NCBI GenBank assembly: GCA_905178155.1
Contig: CAJINV010000025.1
Location: 360,934-378,063 of the forward strand
Reading direction: 5' to 3'
DNA length: 17,130 bases
DNA from: Amoebophrya sp. A120
Taxonomy: Eukaryota > Protista > Dinoflagellata
The position numbers were made by a program, and so were the translations under genes. Under the pieces are notes generated by a model. That model searched no databases. It worked only from the letters and a program-made list of their open reading frames with translations, and was not told where the DNA came from. How positions within the stretch are numbered: the stretch's first letter is position 1; the number at the start of each line of letters is the position of its first letter. Shown piece by piece: positions 1 through 8,790 of this stretch.

Positions 1-2
1 GC

Positions 3-308
3 TGTGGCTTTTTGACGATGTTGGAAAAGGCTGATAGTGACAACGAGTCCTCGCCGTCGCCGGCGTCACCAACTACAACGCCAGCCGCACCTGCTGGACG
101 AGCAAGCAGCCCCGTTCTGGCTCGGCGGTCGATGCCCTTGAGCGACGTGCTGCGGCGAGTCAAGAGGGCCCGAGAAAGTAGTGCAGGCGGCGCCGCAACT
201 ACATTTCTGCAGCGGCGGGGGGGGGGCAGCAGCAGCAGCACCAGCAGCGGCTCGACCACCAGCGAACACAACTACTATGACACAAGCCTCGACTGCGGCA
301 GATTTTGA
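3..308 (+). CDS. 3' end of a gene entering from upstream; Ser/Pro/Gly/Thr-rich low-complexity C-terminus, function unknown
   Basis: Frame is open from base 3 to TGA 306-308. It is GC-rich and composition drops after the stop. The TTG start in the ORF track is probably not a real start. Confidence 0.55.
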   Translation, partial: CGFLTMLEKADSDNESSPSPASPTTTPAAPAGRASSPVLARRSMPLSDVLRRVKRARESSAGGAATTFLQRRGGGSSSSTSSGSTTSEHNYYDTSLDCGRF

Positions 309-1140
309 CGGGGGTGCCAGGTTGGGCAGGCATTGACTGGGGCAGGCAAGCGAAAACGAGGAACAAGTGTCATGGCCATATCACAAATCGAGAAGTTTTG
401 GGGGTCCAGCATGACAAGTTCGTTTCTGTATTGTAGTGCACGCGGACGATGAAGCTGGCTTCACCATTGAACTCGATCCTCCTGCTGGCGTGTTTTACGA
501 TGGACGTTACGCGACCTACGCAAGTCGCGTTTGTAACTTTTTTTAAAGAACGCAAGCCGTAGCCGGTTTGCTCTTTCTGATGCCACGTAGAGTTTCGTCG
601 CGAAGCACCGTTGTCAAGCATTCTGAAGATGCGCCTCTTTTTTTGTTCAGCGAAATAATTATACACTTCTGCGAATAGAAAGACAAAGAAAAAGCCCTGG
701 CTTCTTCTCCTGTGGAAAATAAAGCTCAAGACTCCCACGACGGTTGCTCGCCGTGATAATCACAAATTTTTGTACAACTCGACGTTGGTTGCGCGATCTA
801 CTTCTACTCTTTATGTGCGAACTCCTGGAAGAACCGCTATTGAGTGGTTATGAGTTATCGAGCTCCCGCCGTGGGCCTTGGCCTTCTTCGCATCAAGGCG
901 TTGTGTTCCGTAAGAATGAAAAAGGTCTGCTGTTCTTTCATCTCAAGAAATTCTCAGATAATGCTACTGTTGAAGCTGTTACAAGAAAACTTTCACGATT
1001 TGGTTTTGTCCTCCATCTGTTGCCCTACATTTATATGCATCACAAATTTTTCGATTTTGTCGATTCCGACCCGGGCACATCCATACTGACGACATTTCGA
1101 TTGCATGACGCTTCGATGGATGACGACATTTCGATCTTCT

Positions 1141-1465
1141 AGTTTCATTTATACACAGTGATACATACTTCTTGCCACCTGCGAACTTTATTCGGTCAAC
1201 CTCAACAATACCGGTTCTGTAACTACATGGATCGATGAAGAATCGAATTTTGCAGTTTTGCCCTGCCGCAGCATTTCGGTTATTTCAAAGGCGTTCTCGT
1301 GTGGACCTACAGGGAAAATCGGTCGCGCGTATGGTGCAAAATTTTCTGTATGCGGTATTTTTAACTTCGGTGTTGGTACTACCTTGTCCAAGGTTGAGGC
1401 TGGCTATTTTTCACCCCGTCGGTCCTCGTGCAACGAGGTCACGTTTTTGCAATAGCATGTCGGTT
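1141..1465 (+). repeat. Dispersed repeat R1, copy 1
   Basis: Shares long blocks (gaattttgcagttttgccctgccgcagcat, cgcgtatggtgcaaaattttctgta, ttttcaccccgtcggtc) with 5522-5760 and 7018-7385. Confidence 0.85.
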
Positions 1466-1489
1466 ATCAACTGCAAAAATGTCTGGGTA
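1465..1489. mobile_element. Solo left TIR of family A
   Basis: tatcaactgcaaaaatgtctgggt lies between atgtcggt repeats (1457-1464, 1489-1496). The R1 paralog at 7377-7385 lacks it. Confidence 0.65.
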
Positions 1490-1670
1490 TGTCGGTAATC
1501 AAATGCTAAAATAAAGTATTGATAAAACCATTTGTCATGGTAAGTTTTTTTTTTTCGGACCCCATTCCATTGTCATATGTTGATATTCCCAGTTGAGGAG
1601 GATTTGTATTTGTTTTCCCGAATAAATCCCACCCGTACAACCCGACGTGATCGTTCTTTTTCGCTCAAGT

Positions 1671-2148
1671 GTGGTATTTCGATTCCATCTACCCGAAATA
1701 AAGCAAACCGATCCAATAGAAGGAATTTCTTTCTGTTATCGATTGCAAATATGTCTGGGGCTGGAAATTTGTGTTGTTGAAGCTTTCGCGAGTCTGGGTC
1801 CGTCTGGAAATTTGTGTTGTCAGAGTTCTTGTAGACACTTCCTACATAATTGTCATGACATCAGAACTTTTGCGAAATTCGCAAAGAAGGCACTTACTGC
1901 AGATTCAGGCGTAATAAAATGCACGACAAAGAAGGGCGACAAGGTGCTCTTGCTCAACCTCAATCGCATTCATGCATTACAGATCTTGTTGCCCTTCCAA
2001 TAGTTCGCATGACAAATAACCCAGCCCCAGACTACATATTTGCCAACATGCATACCCGGTTGCTTTCCTGAACTTCACTGTCGTGGTACTTACTTCGATT
2101 CCATCTATCCGAAGAATCTAAACCGATCCAATAGGAATTTCTACCTGT
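1671..2148 (+). repeat. ~65-bp imperfect direct repeat pair (1671-1736 and 2083-2148)
   Basis: Both copies read gtggta..ttcgattccatcta.ccgaa..a....aaaccgatccaatag..ggaatttct..ctgt. Confidence 0.8.
1737..2054. mobile_element. Degenerate family A TAT...ATA element
   Basis: Left end tatcgattgcaaatatgtctggggctggaa; right end ccagccccagactacatatttgcc...gcata. Flanks tctgt/cccgg do not match. Confidence 0.7.
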
Positions 2149-2444
2149 GGAGATGGTCGGCTTGTAACTGTTGGTGTTGTAACTGTAAATAAAAGTTAAA
2201 TTTTACGTGCGGGCTACTTCGAAGAAGAGACAGAAGACCCCCTAGTGCCTATTTCAATTTCTTCTTTTCTGCATCAAAAACCTCCCAAGGCCATCGCTCA
2301 TCTTTCTTGCTTGTTCCGAAGCAAACCTACAGAAGTTTTTGTTGTGAACAAGAATATTAACCGAGTTTATAATTTTTAAGTACTTATAGTAGATTACGCA
2401 TCCTTCCACGAAACGACCCCTGTGAGGACAGCTACATTTTTCCA

Positions 2445-4871
2445 ATGGATACGTCTCGTCGTGGATTGCCCTGTTGGGCGATTGCCGTGCTGGTCGCGGT
2501 AGGGGGAGCTGTCCAAAGCGAGGGAGTGACATGGCGGAGGAGCTGCGGAGAGACGAGGGAGGAACTGCGTCCGCAGGAGCGGGAGGAACTGCGTCCGCAG
2601 GTATCCTGTGCAAAAGTACTATCCGATACTCGTAGAAATGCATTACAAATTTCCTCAGCGTGAGAAATGAAATTTGTAATGCCGATTCACCTTAAGGAAA
2701 AGCAAAAGATGTGCAATGCATGATTACAATACGAGTACGATGCTTTTGCATTGCATAGCAGGGGGGATGGACCGATGTCGACGACGTCTTCCGCTGCAGT
2801 GCGGAGTATGAAATGCAGAAATGTCTCCGTCTGGAAGATTGCTAGGCTTGTGATGCACGTTCTGCATGAGCCATGATCGATCTGTGATGCATGCCCTAGC
2901 ATCACAGATTAGATTTTTTGAGAGCATCTTGATGCGCCAGCCTATTCCGCATGACACATGCACTCTCCGCGTAGCAAAATTCACACTCCCTTTGCTGCCC
3001 ATGCAGTACTACAGATTTCGTTGGAAAAATCCAAATGCAGCGTCACAAGTTGCATTCCCATTCTCCCAGACCCAGATATATTTGCAGTCGATACGCAGGA
3101 CTACGAAGCGATGGCGCAAACCTGGGTTCCAGGCCTCCAGGCAGAACCTGCTGCTGGCTCAAGAACAGTTGGAGGCCTGTTGTCTACTTCCGCGAATTAT
3201 ATTGATAGAGCGGTGCGTCCGGTGCACATTTTCTTCGAAACGTTTGGAAAAACCACCCTGACAGGCGCATATAACTTGATGAAGCAGCTGGCAAAAACGC
3301 CGCACGTTAAAGTCACCTTTGTTGGCCCGGTGGGAAAGTTGATACAGAAAAAGGATCCGGCGACCGGCGAGCGGGTGATTGTGTATGCGGATCAGCTGCT
3401 ACCTGTATTAAATGTAAATATCGATCTGGGTCTAGAAGAATGCCAGGTTTGTCATGCATATTTTGCATATACCCGTGATGCCTGCAATGCAGGACCTAGC
3501 ATCACAGATTCTTAAAGGGCCTTCTTATGCGTGGTCCGCATGAGAAATGCCCACTCCGCGTAGCACAAACTGAACTACTCTTGCTGGTCATGCAATACAG
3601 ATGTTTTTCGCTTCCGAAGACAGCATCACAAGCTGCAACCTTCCAGACATCCAGGGATTTTTGCATTTGATAACCCGCGGCGAGCAACGACGTGAAAGGA
3701 GATCTATCCTGAGTAAAAACGTACCCGCACCAGAGTTGTAAGGCAGATTTGCAAAGACAGGAAGTCTTGTAATGCGCATCCCCATGAGAGCCATTTCCAA
3801 TCGTGTCTTGGAATTTGTGATGCTGTGAACAGGATGAGCAGATGAATCTGTGATGCGGCTGCACTTGCTAACCTGCACTACACTGCATAGTGCAACTTGT
3901 CACGCGTGACTCACAAAACTCCTAGGCTTGTGTTGCAAAATCCTCATCCTGACTCTGGTGTGGGTACGCTTTTACTCAGGATAAGATCTTCCAGATCCCG
4001 CCCTTGAGGGAGACAAGACCTATATGAATTGTGAAAGTGTCTGGGTCTGCAAACTTGTGAATGTGATGCTAAAATGTGCAACCAAGATGAAAACAGTTCC
4101 GAATGGAATGTAGCATGACAACTTTCCAGCACGCTTTCTCATAGGCAATCCGCATGAGAGACTCACTGCGTGTTTGCAGGTACAAAAGAGGCTGCGCCTC
4201 TTGGTGGTTGTGCAATACAGATTTCCTAGGTATAATGAAAAGCTAGCACTACAAGTTCCAACCTTTCAGACCCAGACATATTTTTTGCAATCGATAACCT
4301 ATCTTGCGAAACAACTGAGAAAGTACGATCGGCTGCAGCACAACGGGACGGTCTGGACGGAGAGGAAGTCGGAGAATGTTACTGTTCTTTGGGACTTTGC
4401 TGTCTCCGAAAGCGAGATGAAGAGCCTCGGCGCGGCCGGAGTGGAGTTCGTGCCCTGCCGCCCCCGAAGATACTTTTGGAGTGTGAAAAGCAACACCGCG
4501 GTGCGACAGATGTTGCCGCGTTTGTTTTTGACGGACGGGGGGGAAAATCCGGAGGGCTCTACTTGGGTTATCAAATGCAAATATGTCTGGGTCTGGAAGA
4601 TTGCCAGGTTTGTCATGCATATGTTACATGACCCATGACGATGAAGATGATGCTTCTAATGCATGACCTAGCATCGCAGATTTTCATTTTTAGAGGGCTT
4701 CCTGATGCTTATTCCGCGCAAACTGGACCCCTCTTGTTGGTCATGTAATGCAGATTTTTTTAGAATGCAGCAACAGCATCACAAGTTCCAACCGGCCTCC
4801 AGACCCAGACACTTTTGCATTTGATATCAGTTTTCCGCGAACAAGACAACCGAGACTGGCCGCGCCAGTTT
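2445..4871 (+). CDS. Split gene for an unknown, probably secreted or membrane-targeted protein; segments 2445-2601, 2763-2806, 3099-3405, 3678-3704, 3989-4022, 4302-4568, 4832-4871 (876 nt, 292 codons, no stop yet)
   Basis: Manual removal of six elements plus one 5-bp repeat each gives MDTSRRGLPCWAIAVLVAVGGAVQSEG...EELRPQ/GGWTDVDDVFRCSAE/DYEAMAQTW...ADQLLP/AASNDVKGD/LPDPALEGDKT/YLAKQLRKY...PEGSTW/VFREQDNRDWPRQF with no stop. The N-terminus is hydrophobic. Confidence 0.8.
2557..2601 (+). repeat. In-frame 24-bp tandem duplication (REELRPQE/REELRPQ)
   Basis: gggaggaactgcgtccgcagg occurs at 2557 and 2581. Confidence 0.9.
2602..2757. mobile_element. Family D short TAT...ATA element / putative introner (156 bp)
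   Basis: tatcctgtgcaaaagta...gatgcttttgcattgcata with perfect flanking gcagg/gcagg. Homologous to 11431-11581 and 11635-12000. Confidence 0.88.
2807..3093. mobile_element. Family A element / putative introner (287 bp)
   Basis: tatgaaatgcagaaatgtctccgtctggaaga...ctcccagacccagatatatttgcagtcgata; flanks cggag/cgcag (4/5). Confidence 0.88.
3406..3672. mobile_element. Family A element / putative introner (267 bp)
   Basis: tattaaatgtaaata...ctgggtctagaaga to ttccagacatccagggatttttgcatttgata; flanks acctg/acccg (4/5). Confidence 0.88.
3705..3983. mobile_element. Family B element / putative introner (279 bp)
   Basis: TIR tatcctgagtaaaaacgtacccgcaccagag / ctctggtgtgggtacgcttttactcaggata; perfect agatc/agatc. 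Confidence 0.92.
4023..4296. mobile_element. Family A element / putative introner (274 bp)
   Basis: tatgaattgtgaaagtgtctgggtctg...cagacccagacatattttttgcaatcgata; perfect accta/accta. Confidence 0.9.
4569..4826. mobile_element. Family A element / putative introner (258 bp)
   Basis: tatcaaatgcaaatatgtctgggtctggaaga...tccagacccagacacttttgcatttgata; flanks tgggt/tcagt (3/5). Confidence 0.9.
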
Positions 4872-4997
4872 TATGCATTGCAAACATGTCTGGGTCTGGA
4901 AGATGTCATGCTGCTTCTGCATGACACAGAAGGTCTGGCATGGAAGCCCTAGCATCACAGATCTCGAGAAGGTTTTGCAATCCGCCTAATCCGCGAC
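4872..4997. mobile_element. Truncated family A element (left part only)
   Basis: tatgcattgcaaacatgtctgggtctggaaga plus the internal ctagcatcacagat block; no right TIR found. Confidence 0.75.
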
Positions 4998-5521
4998 AGA
5001 AGAAAAAAATGTGTATAATTTTCGTTTGTTAAAGAGTTTATAATTCTACCACTACTCAGGGAGGTGGGGTAGGCTTAATGGGGTAAATTCAGGCTCTCCA
5101 CCAATGTTGCCCGAATCGGATAGAACACAGACGAGGTCCGCTTCAAAGTTCGACTTTCATTTGTTGAGATACCCAAAAGACTGCTCATATGAGACGACTC
5201 AGTCCGGAGACTACACATCAGGCATTCACAACGAAGTCGGTCGTGTCGGTCCTGTCGTACTTCCACAGCCACCGTAGGAGCGAAACTGTGGAGAAGAAAG
5301 GCTCGCATTAGTAAGCTGGTTCTTGTCTTCGTTCGAGTCGGTGATCATATTATGGTTTAATTGGTGTGGCTCAGCTGTGGTGTATATATAGTTTTGAGCA
5401 GGATTTATTGCAACATTAACGCTTTATCGGTTTCAATTTTTGTCCGAATCTATTTTCAGAATTCGGGCACTTGAATTTGTTAGCGCCATCGGTTAATACT
5501 ATTTGATATCAGACCTGTTCT

Positions 5522-5760
5522 GGTTCTGTAACATGGATGAAGAAGCGAATTTTGCAGTTTTGCCCTGCCGCAGCATCTCGGTTAATATTTCAAAGACGTT
5601 CGGTTCGTGTGGAACTACAGTGTAAATCGGTGTGGTTATTTCAAAGATAAGACGTTCTGGTTCTGTTCGTGTGGACCTACAGTGTAAATCGGTCGCGCGT
5701 ATGGTGCAAAATTTTCTGTATTCTGTCCGAATTATCGTGCAACTTCTGCTTTTAACCTAC
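5522..5760 (+). repeat. Dispersed repeat R1, copy 2 (partial, with internal duplication)
   Basis: Matches 1213-1350 and 7101-7281; tatttcaaaga...ttcgtgtgga.ctacagtgtaaatcggt occurs twice. Confidence 0.85.
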
Positions 5761-6606
5761 TGGCTCGACTGGATAGCGCAGCGCTGGTTCCCGGTATCAT
5801 TTGGAAAAACTTCCCCACCCCATAGTCAAGTAGATGAATCTTGCAACACAAATCTCCAAGTTTTAGGAGCTGCGCATGACAAATTTCCCTCTGCAGTGTA
5901 GTGCTGATTGGCAAGAGAAGCTGCATGAGAAAGCCACTTTCGCATCCTTTTTACAGCATTACAGATTCCAAAACACGAGTGGAAATGCCTCTCATGCAGC
6001 TGCGCATTACAAATGTTGCTGTCATTGCACATTTGCATGACAACTTTGGTGTGGGGACGGCGTTTTTACTCAGGATACCCGGCAGCCGTGTTTCGCAGTC
6101 CGTTCTACTGCGTGTTTCCGAACACGGTGTCACATATTTTGGCCAAAGTGGATATGGGAGTGTCAGGATTGAAATCGTCAAAGTTGAAATAGTTTGTCAT
6201 GCATAAATTGGATGCCGGTTGGAACCCAGGTTCCAAGTAGCGCATGACAGATTCGGGCGTTGCCTAGATCCAGTTTGTAATGCTGCTTAGGCAAAGAGAA
6301 CCGATTTTCTCATGCTACTTTAGCAGCTCCAGCTCTAACCCGAAACAGGCTTACAATCGGCCTCACTTGCCTGCTCTGCAACACACGTCTGTGGCGTCAT
6401 GCATTTTATGCATTAAAAGTTATTCCAACTTTGTCCATTTCGATCCTGACACTCCCAAAGTGGAGGGCTTGCGGTTGGCGAAGCAGGAGGACTATTTGTT
6501 TCTCTTCTACCGAGATTATTGGGTGAACTCTCCAGTTCGGTTTGTTTGTTTCAGAGCAGACGGAGAAAAAGGCTGTAGCAGGGGCGATTTCATCTTCATC
6601 CTGTGA
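5755..6606 (+). CDS. 3' part of a split gene; segments ~5755-5794, 6083-6152, 6465-6606; possibly the end of the 2445-4871 gene
   Basis: Removing two elements plus one repeat each gives TYWLDWIAQRWFP/AAVFRSPFYCVFPNTVSHILAKV/EGLRLAKQEDYLFLFYRDYWVNSPVRFVCFRADGEKGCSRGDFIFIL-TGA. The 5' boundary is uncertain because it abuts R1. Confidence 0.7.
5795..6077. mobile_element. Family B element (283 bp), opposite orientation to 3705-3983
   Basis: Ends tatcatttggaaaaacttccccacc / ggtgtggggacggcgtttttactcaggata. The interior is the reverse-complement homologue of 3780-3950. Perfect cccgg/cccgg. Confidence 0.9.
6153..6459. mobile_element. Family C element (307 bp)
   Basis: TIR tatgggagtgtcaggattgaaatcgtcaaagttgaaata / tattccaactttgtccatttcgatcctgacactcccaaa (terminal ATA reads AAA); perfect gtgga/gtgga. 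Confidence 0.9.
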
Positions 6607-6883
6607 CGCTAGAAGTTCATTTGGCGAAAATTTGTGTAAATAAGTAATTCAGCAGCAGGAGCAGCTGGCTCCAGTACAAGAACAGCTGCTAGTGCAGAAG
6701 ATAATTCTCGTCCAGCAGAACAACACATCATAAATCTTGTGGAAGACAGGTGCTTGAAAGTCGAGGCTTTACGGGCATTCACGGCGGGAGGAATAAAAGC
6801 TGCGAATTTGTAGTAAAAGACTCAACAATAGAGACATACACGCGATCTCTTCGGCAAGAGCTTTGGTTTGCCGTAAGTAGACT

Positions 6884-6934
6884 AAAGAACAACAGAGCAC
6901 GACTTAGTCACTAAGTCGTGCTCTGTTGTTCTTT
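6884..6934. repeat. Perfect 25-bp inverted repeat with 1-nt spacer
   Basis: aaagaacaacagagcacgacttagt-c-actaagtcgtgctctgttgttcttt. Confidence 0.95.
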
Positions 6935-7017
6935 CCATGCTGCACCAATTTCTCAACGAAGAAGTAGTGCACTGGTTATATATTCGATGCACCAATTTTA
7001 ATATCGTCCATCTTCGA

Positions 7018-7385
7018 GTTTCATCATACACCGTGACACTTCTTGTCACCTGCGATGAACTTTCGGTCAACCTCAACAATGATACCGCTTCGGTGACGTG
7101 AAGAATCGAATTTTGCAGTTTTGCCAAGCCGCACCGTTTCGGTCATTTCAAAAACGTTCTTGTCTAGACCTAAAATGAAAATCGGTCGTGCAGCGTATCG
7201 TGCAAAATTTTCTGTACGTACGTATGGTGCAAAATTTTATGTATTCTATCCGAATTATCGTGCAACTTCTGCTTTTCAACTACTTCGGTGTTGGTACTAT
7301 CTTGTCCAAGGTTGACGCTGGCTATAATTTTTCACCCCGTCGGTCGTGCAACGAGATCACTCGTTTTTGCAACAGCATGTCGGTT
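7018..7385 (+). repeat. Dispersed repeat R1, copy 3
   Basis: Collinear with 1141-1465, with small indels. Confidence 0.85.
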
Positions 7386-7630
7386 GTTCTCGCCGTGCAC
7401 AATATGTTGATTATCGTACACAATTCGTACGCAACATCCCACATCCACAACAGGACAATGTGAAGCTTTTGTTCTTCGCGGAATTATAAACGCTTCTACT
7501 TTGCCCCTACAAGTTTACATAAATCACTAACGACGGCTGCTCATCTCACAGATATTGAATTTATATTTTATTGAAGTACTATTCACACCAAAAGAAAACG
7601 AAATTGAATATAAAATTATTGACCACGACG

Positions 7631-8790
7631 AGACAACAAAACTAAGTACTCAAAGAAACACGAAGCGGAAGCGGTGAAGAGAAACACGCATAAGAGAAGC
7701 GGAATCGTGCGTTCCTGCAGCCCACAACAAGTATGAGATGGACTGAGCGATTCAAAATCAACGGATTCAAAAATTTTCTTTCATGTTCCAAGCTTTTCCT
7801 GACTCTTGAAAAGAACAGCAGCAAGGATGGGCTGTGTTCTGGGTGATTTTTTGCGTTCGCCGAAACGTCGCCCAGAAGAGTATCAAGCGAACAAGCTAGG
7901 TCGATCTCAACTTGACTTCGTGACTTAGGCGTACGTGAACGCAGAAAAACCGGGAAGGGGAACAAGGCGAGTGTCTGCATTCATAAACGTGAAGAATTCG
8001 CAGAAGCAAGGGGCAACAGAGTAGGCTACACAGCGGATACCCTCGAAGCCCAAGCCTGCCACTATTTGGCCCCAAGGCGCTTTTTTTGTTGGCATTTTTT
8101 GTTGCATTTTTTTGTTGGCATAGTAGCCCGCGCGGCCTCCGTGGACCTGGTCGAGGCTGCCGCAGGTTTACAACCTTTACGCGAGCAGGCCCAAAGGCAT
8201 TCCCACCACGGCGCACCAGAAGCCGCCGGCCATGCCCGGCGGTCGGCCCGCTTGGGTTTTGGAATGGGCCTTGGGTTGCCCTTCACATGGCTGACGCGCG
8301 TTTTTCCCGGGACACAACTTGGCGGCACTGTTGCGTCTTGTTTTTCCGATCATTTCAAGGCTTCATGCGCACGCGCTGACTTCATCCCCTACTTTGCAGC
8401 CTGTAAGTATAAAATGGCAAGTAGTTGCCTCAAGTTGAGACCGGCCACGTTGGCCTCTTTCGTAGTCTTCGGCCTACATATTTTACTTCCATAACCCGGC
8501 GCCGACATCTCCGCCACTTACCTGAAACTGCTCCGCGCGACGCCGAATCCGGGGACGTTTTGGAGGAGTTGATGGGATGCGTTTTAGTTGAAAAAAAATT
8601 TTTGAATCGCTTGGGTTTGAATCGCTCAGTCCATCTCATAACAAGGTACCTAATTCATTCCCAATCTAGACAACAAACACGAAGCGGAAGCGGTGAAGAG
8701 AAACACGCAATTCCTGCGGTGAACGAAGAGAAACACGTGCGCTCCGGCCGCCCACAAGGTACCTACTTGATTCCCAATCTAGGCATTGCA
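7631..8790 (+). repeat. Tandem pair of a ~110-130 bp unit (7631-7731+8646-8667 and 8668-8782); the first copy is split by the 909-bp element
   Basis: Both read agacaacaaa...acacgaagcggaagcggtgaagagaaacacgca...gcccaca..aggtaccta....attcccaatctag. Pieces recur at 10452-10474 and 12613-12634. Confidence 0.75.
7732..8640. mobile_element. Long family G TAT...ATA element (909 bp), non-autonomous
   Basis: tatgagatggactgagcgattcaaa / tttgaatcgctcagtccatctcata is a perfect 25-bp TIR extending imperfectly to ~55 bp; perfect acaag/acaag. Confidence 0.92.

Noticed and set aside
557-573. Resemblance to the dinoflagellate spliced leader (ccgtagcc...tttgctc); also ttttcgctcaag near 1658-1669
   Set aside because: Only short partial matches, not placed just upstream of a start codon; compatible with chance.
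379-758. Possible old element (tatcac...gtgata with weak inner symmetry)
   Set aside because: The TIR match is poor, flanks ggcca/atcac do not match, and there is no second copy in the window.
744-1142. 132-aa ORF
   Set aside because: Non-ATG start, no recognisable motif, and it runs into repeat R1; coding status cannot be supported.
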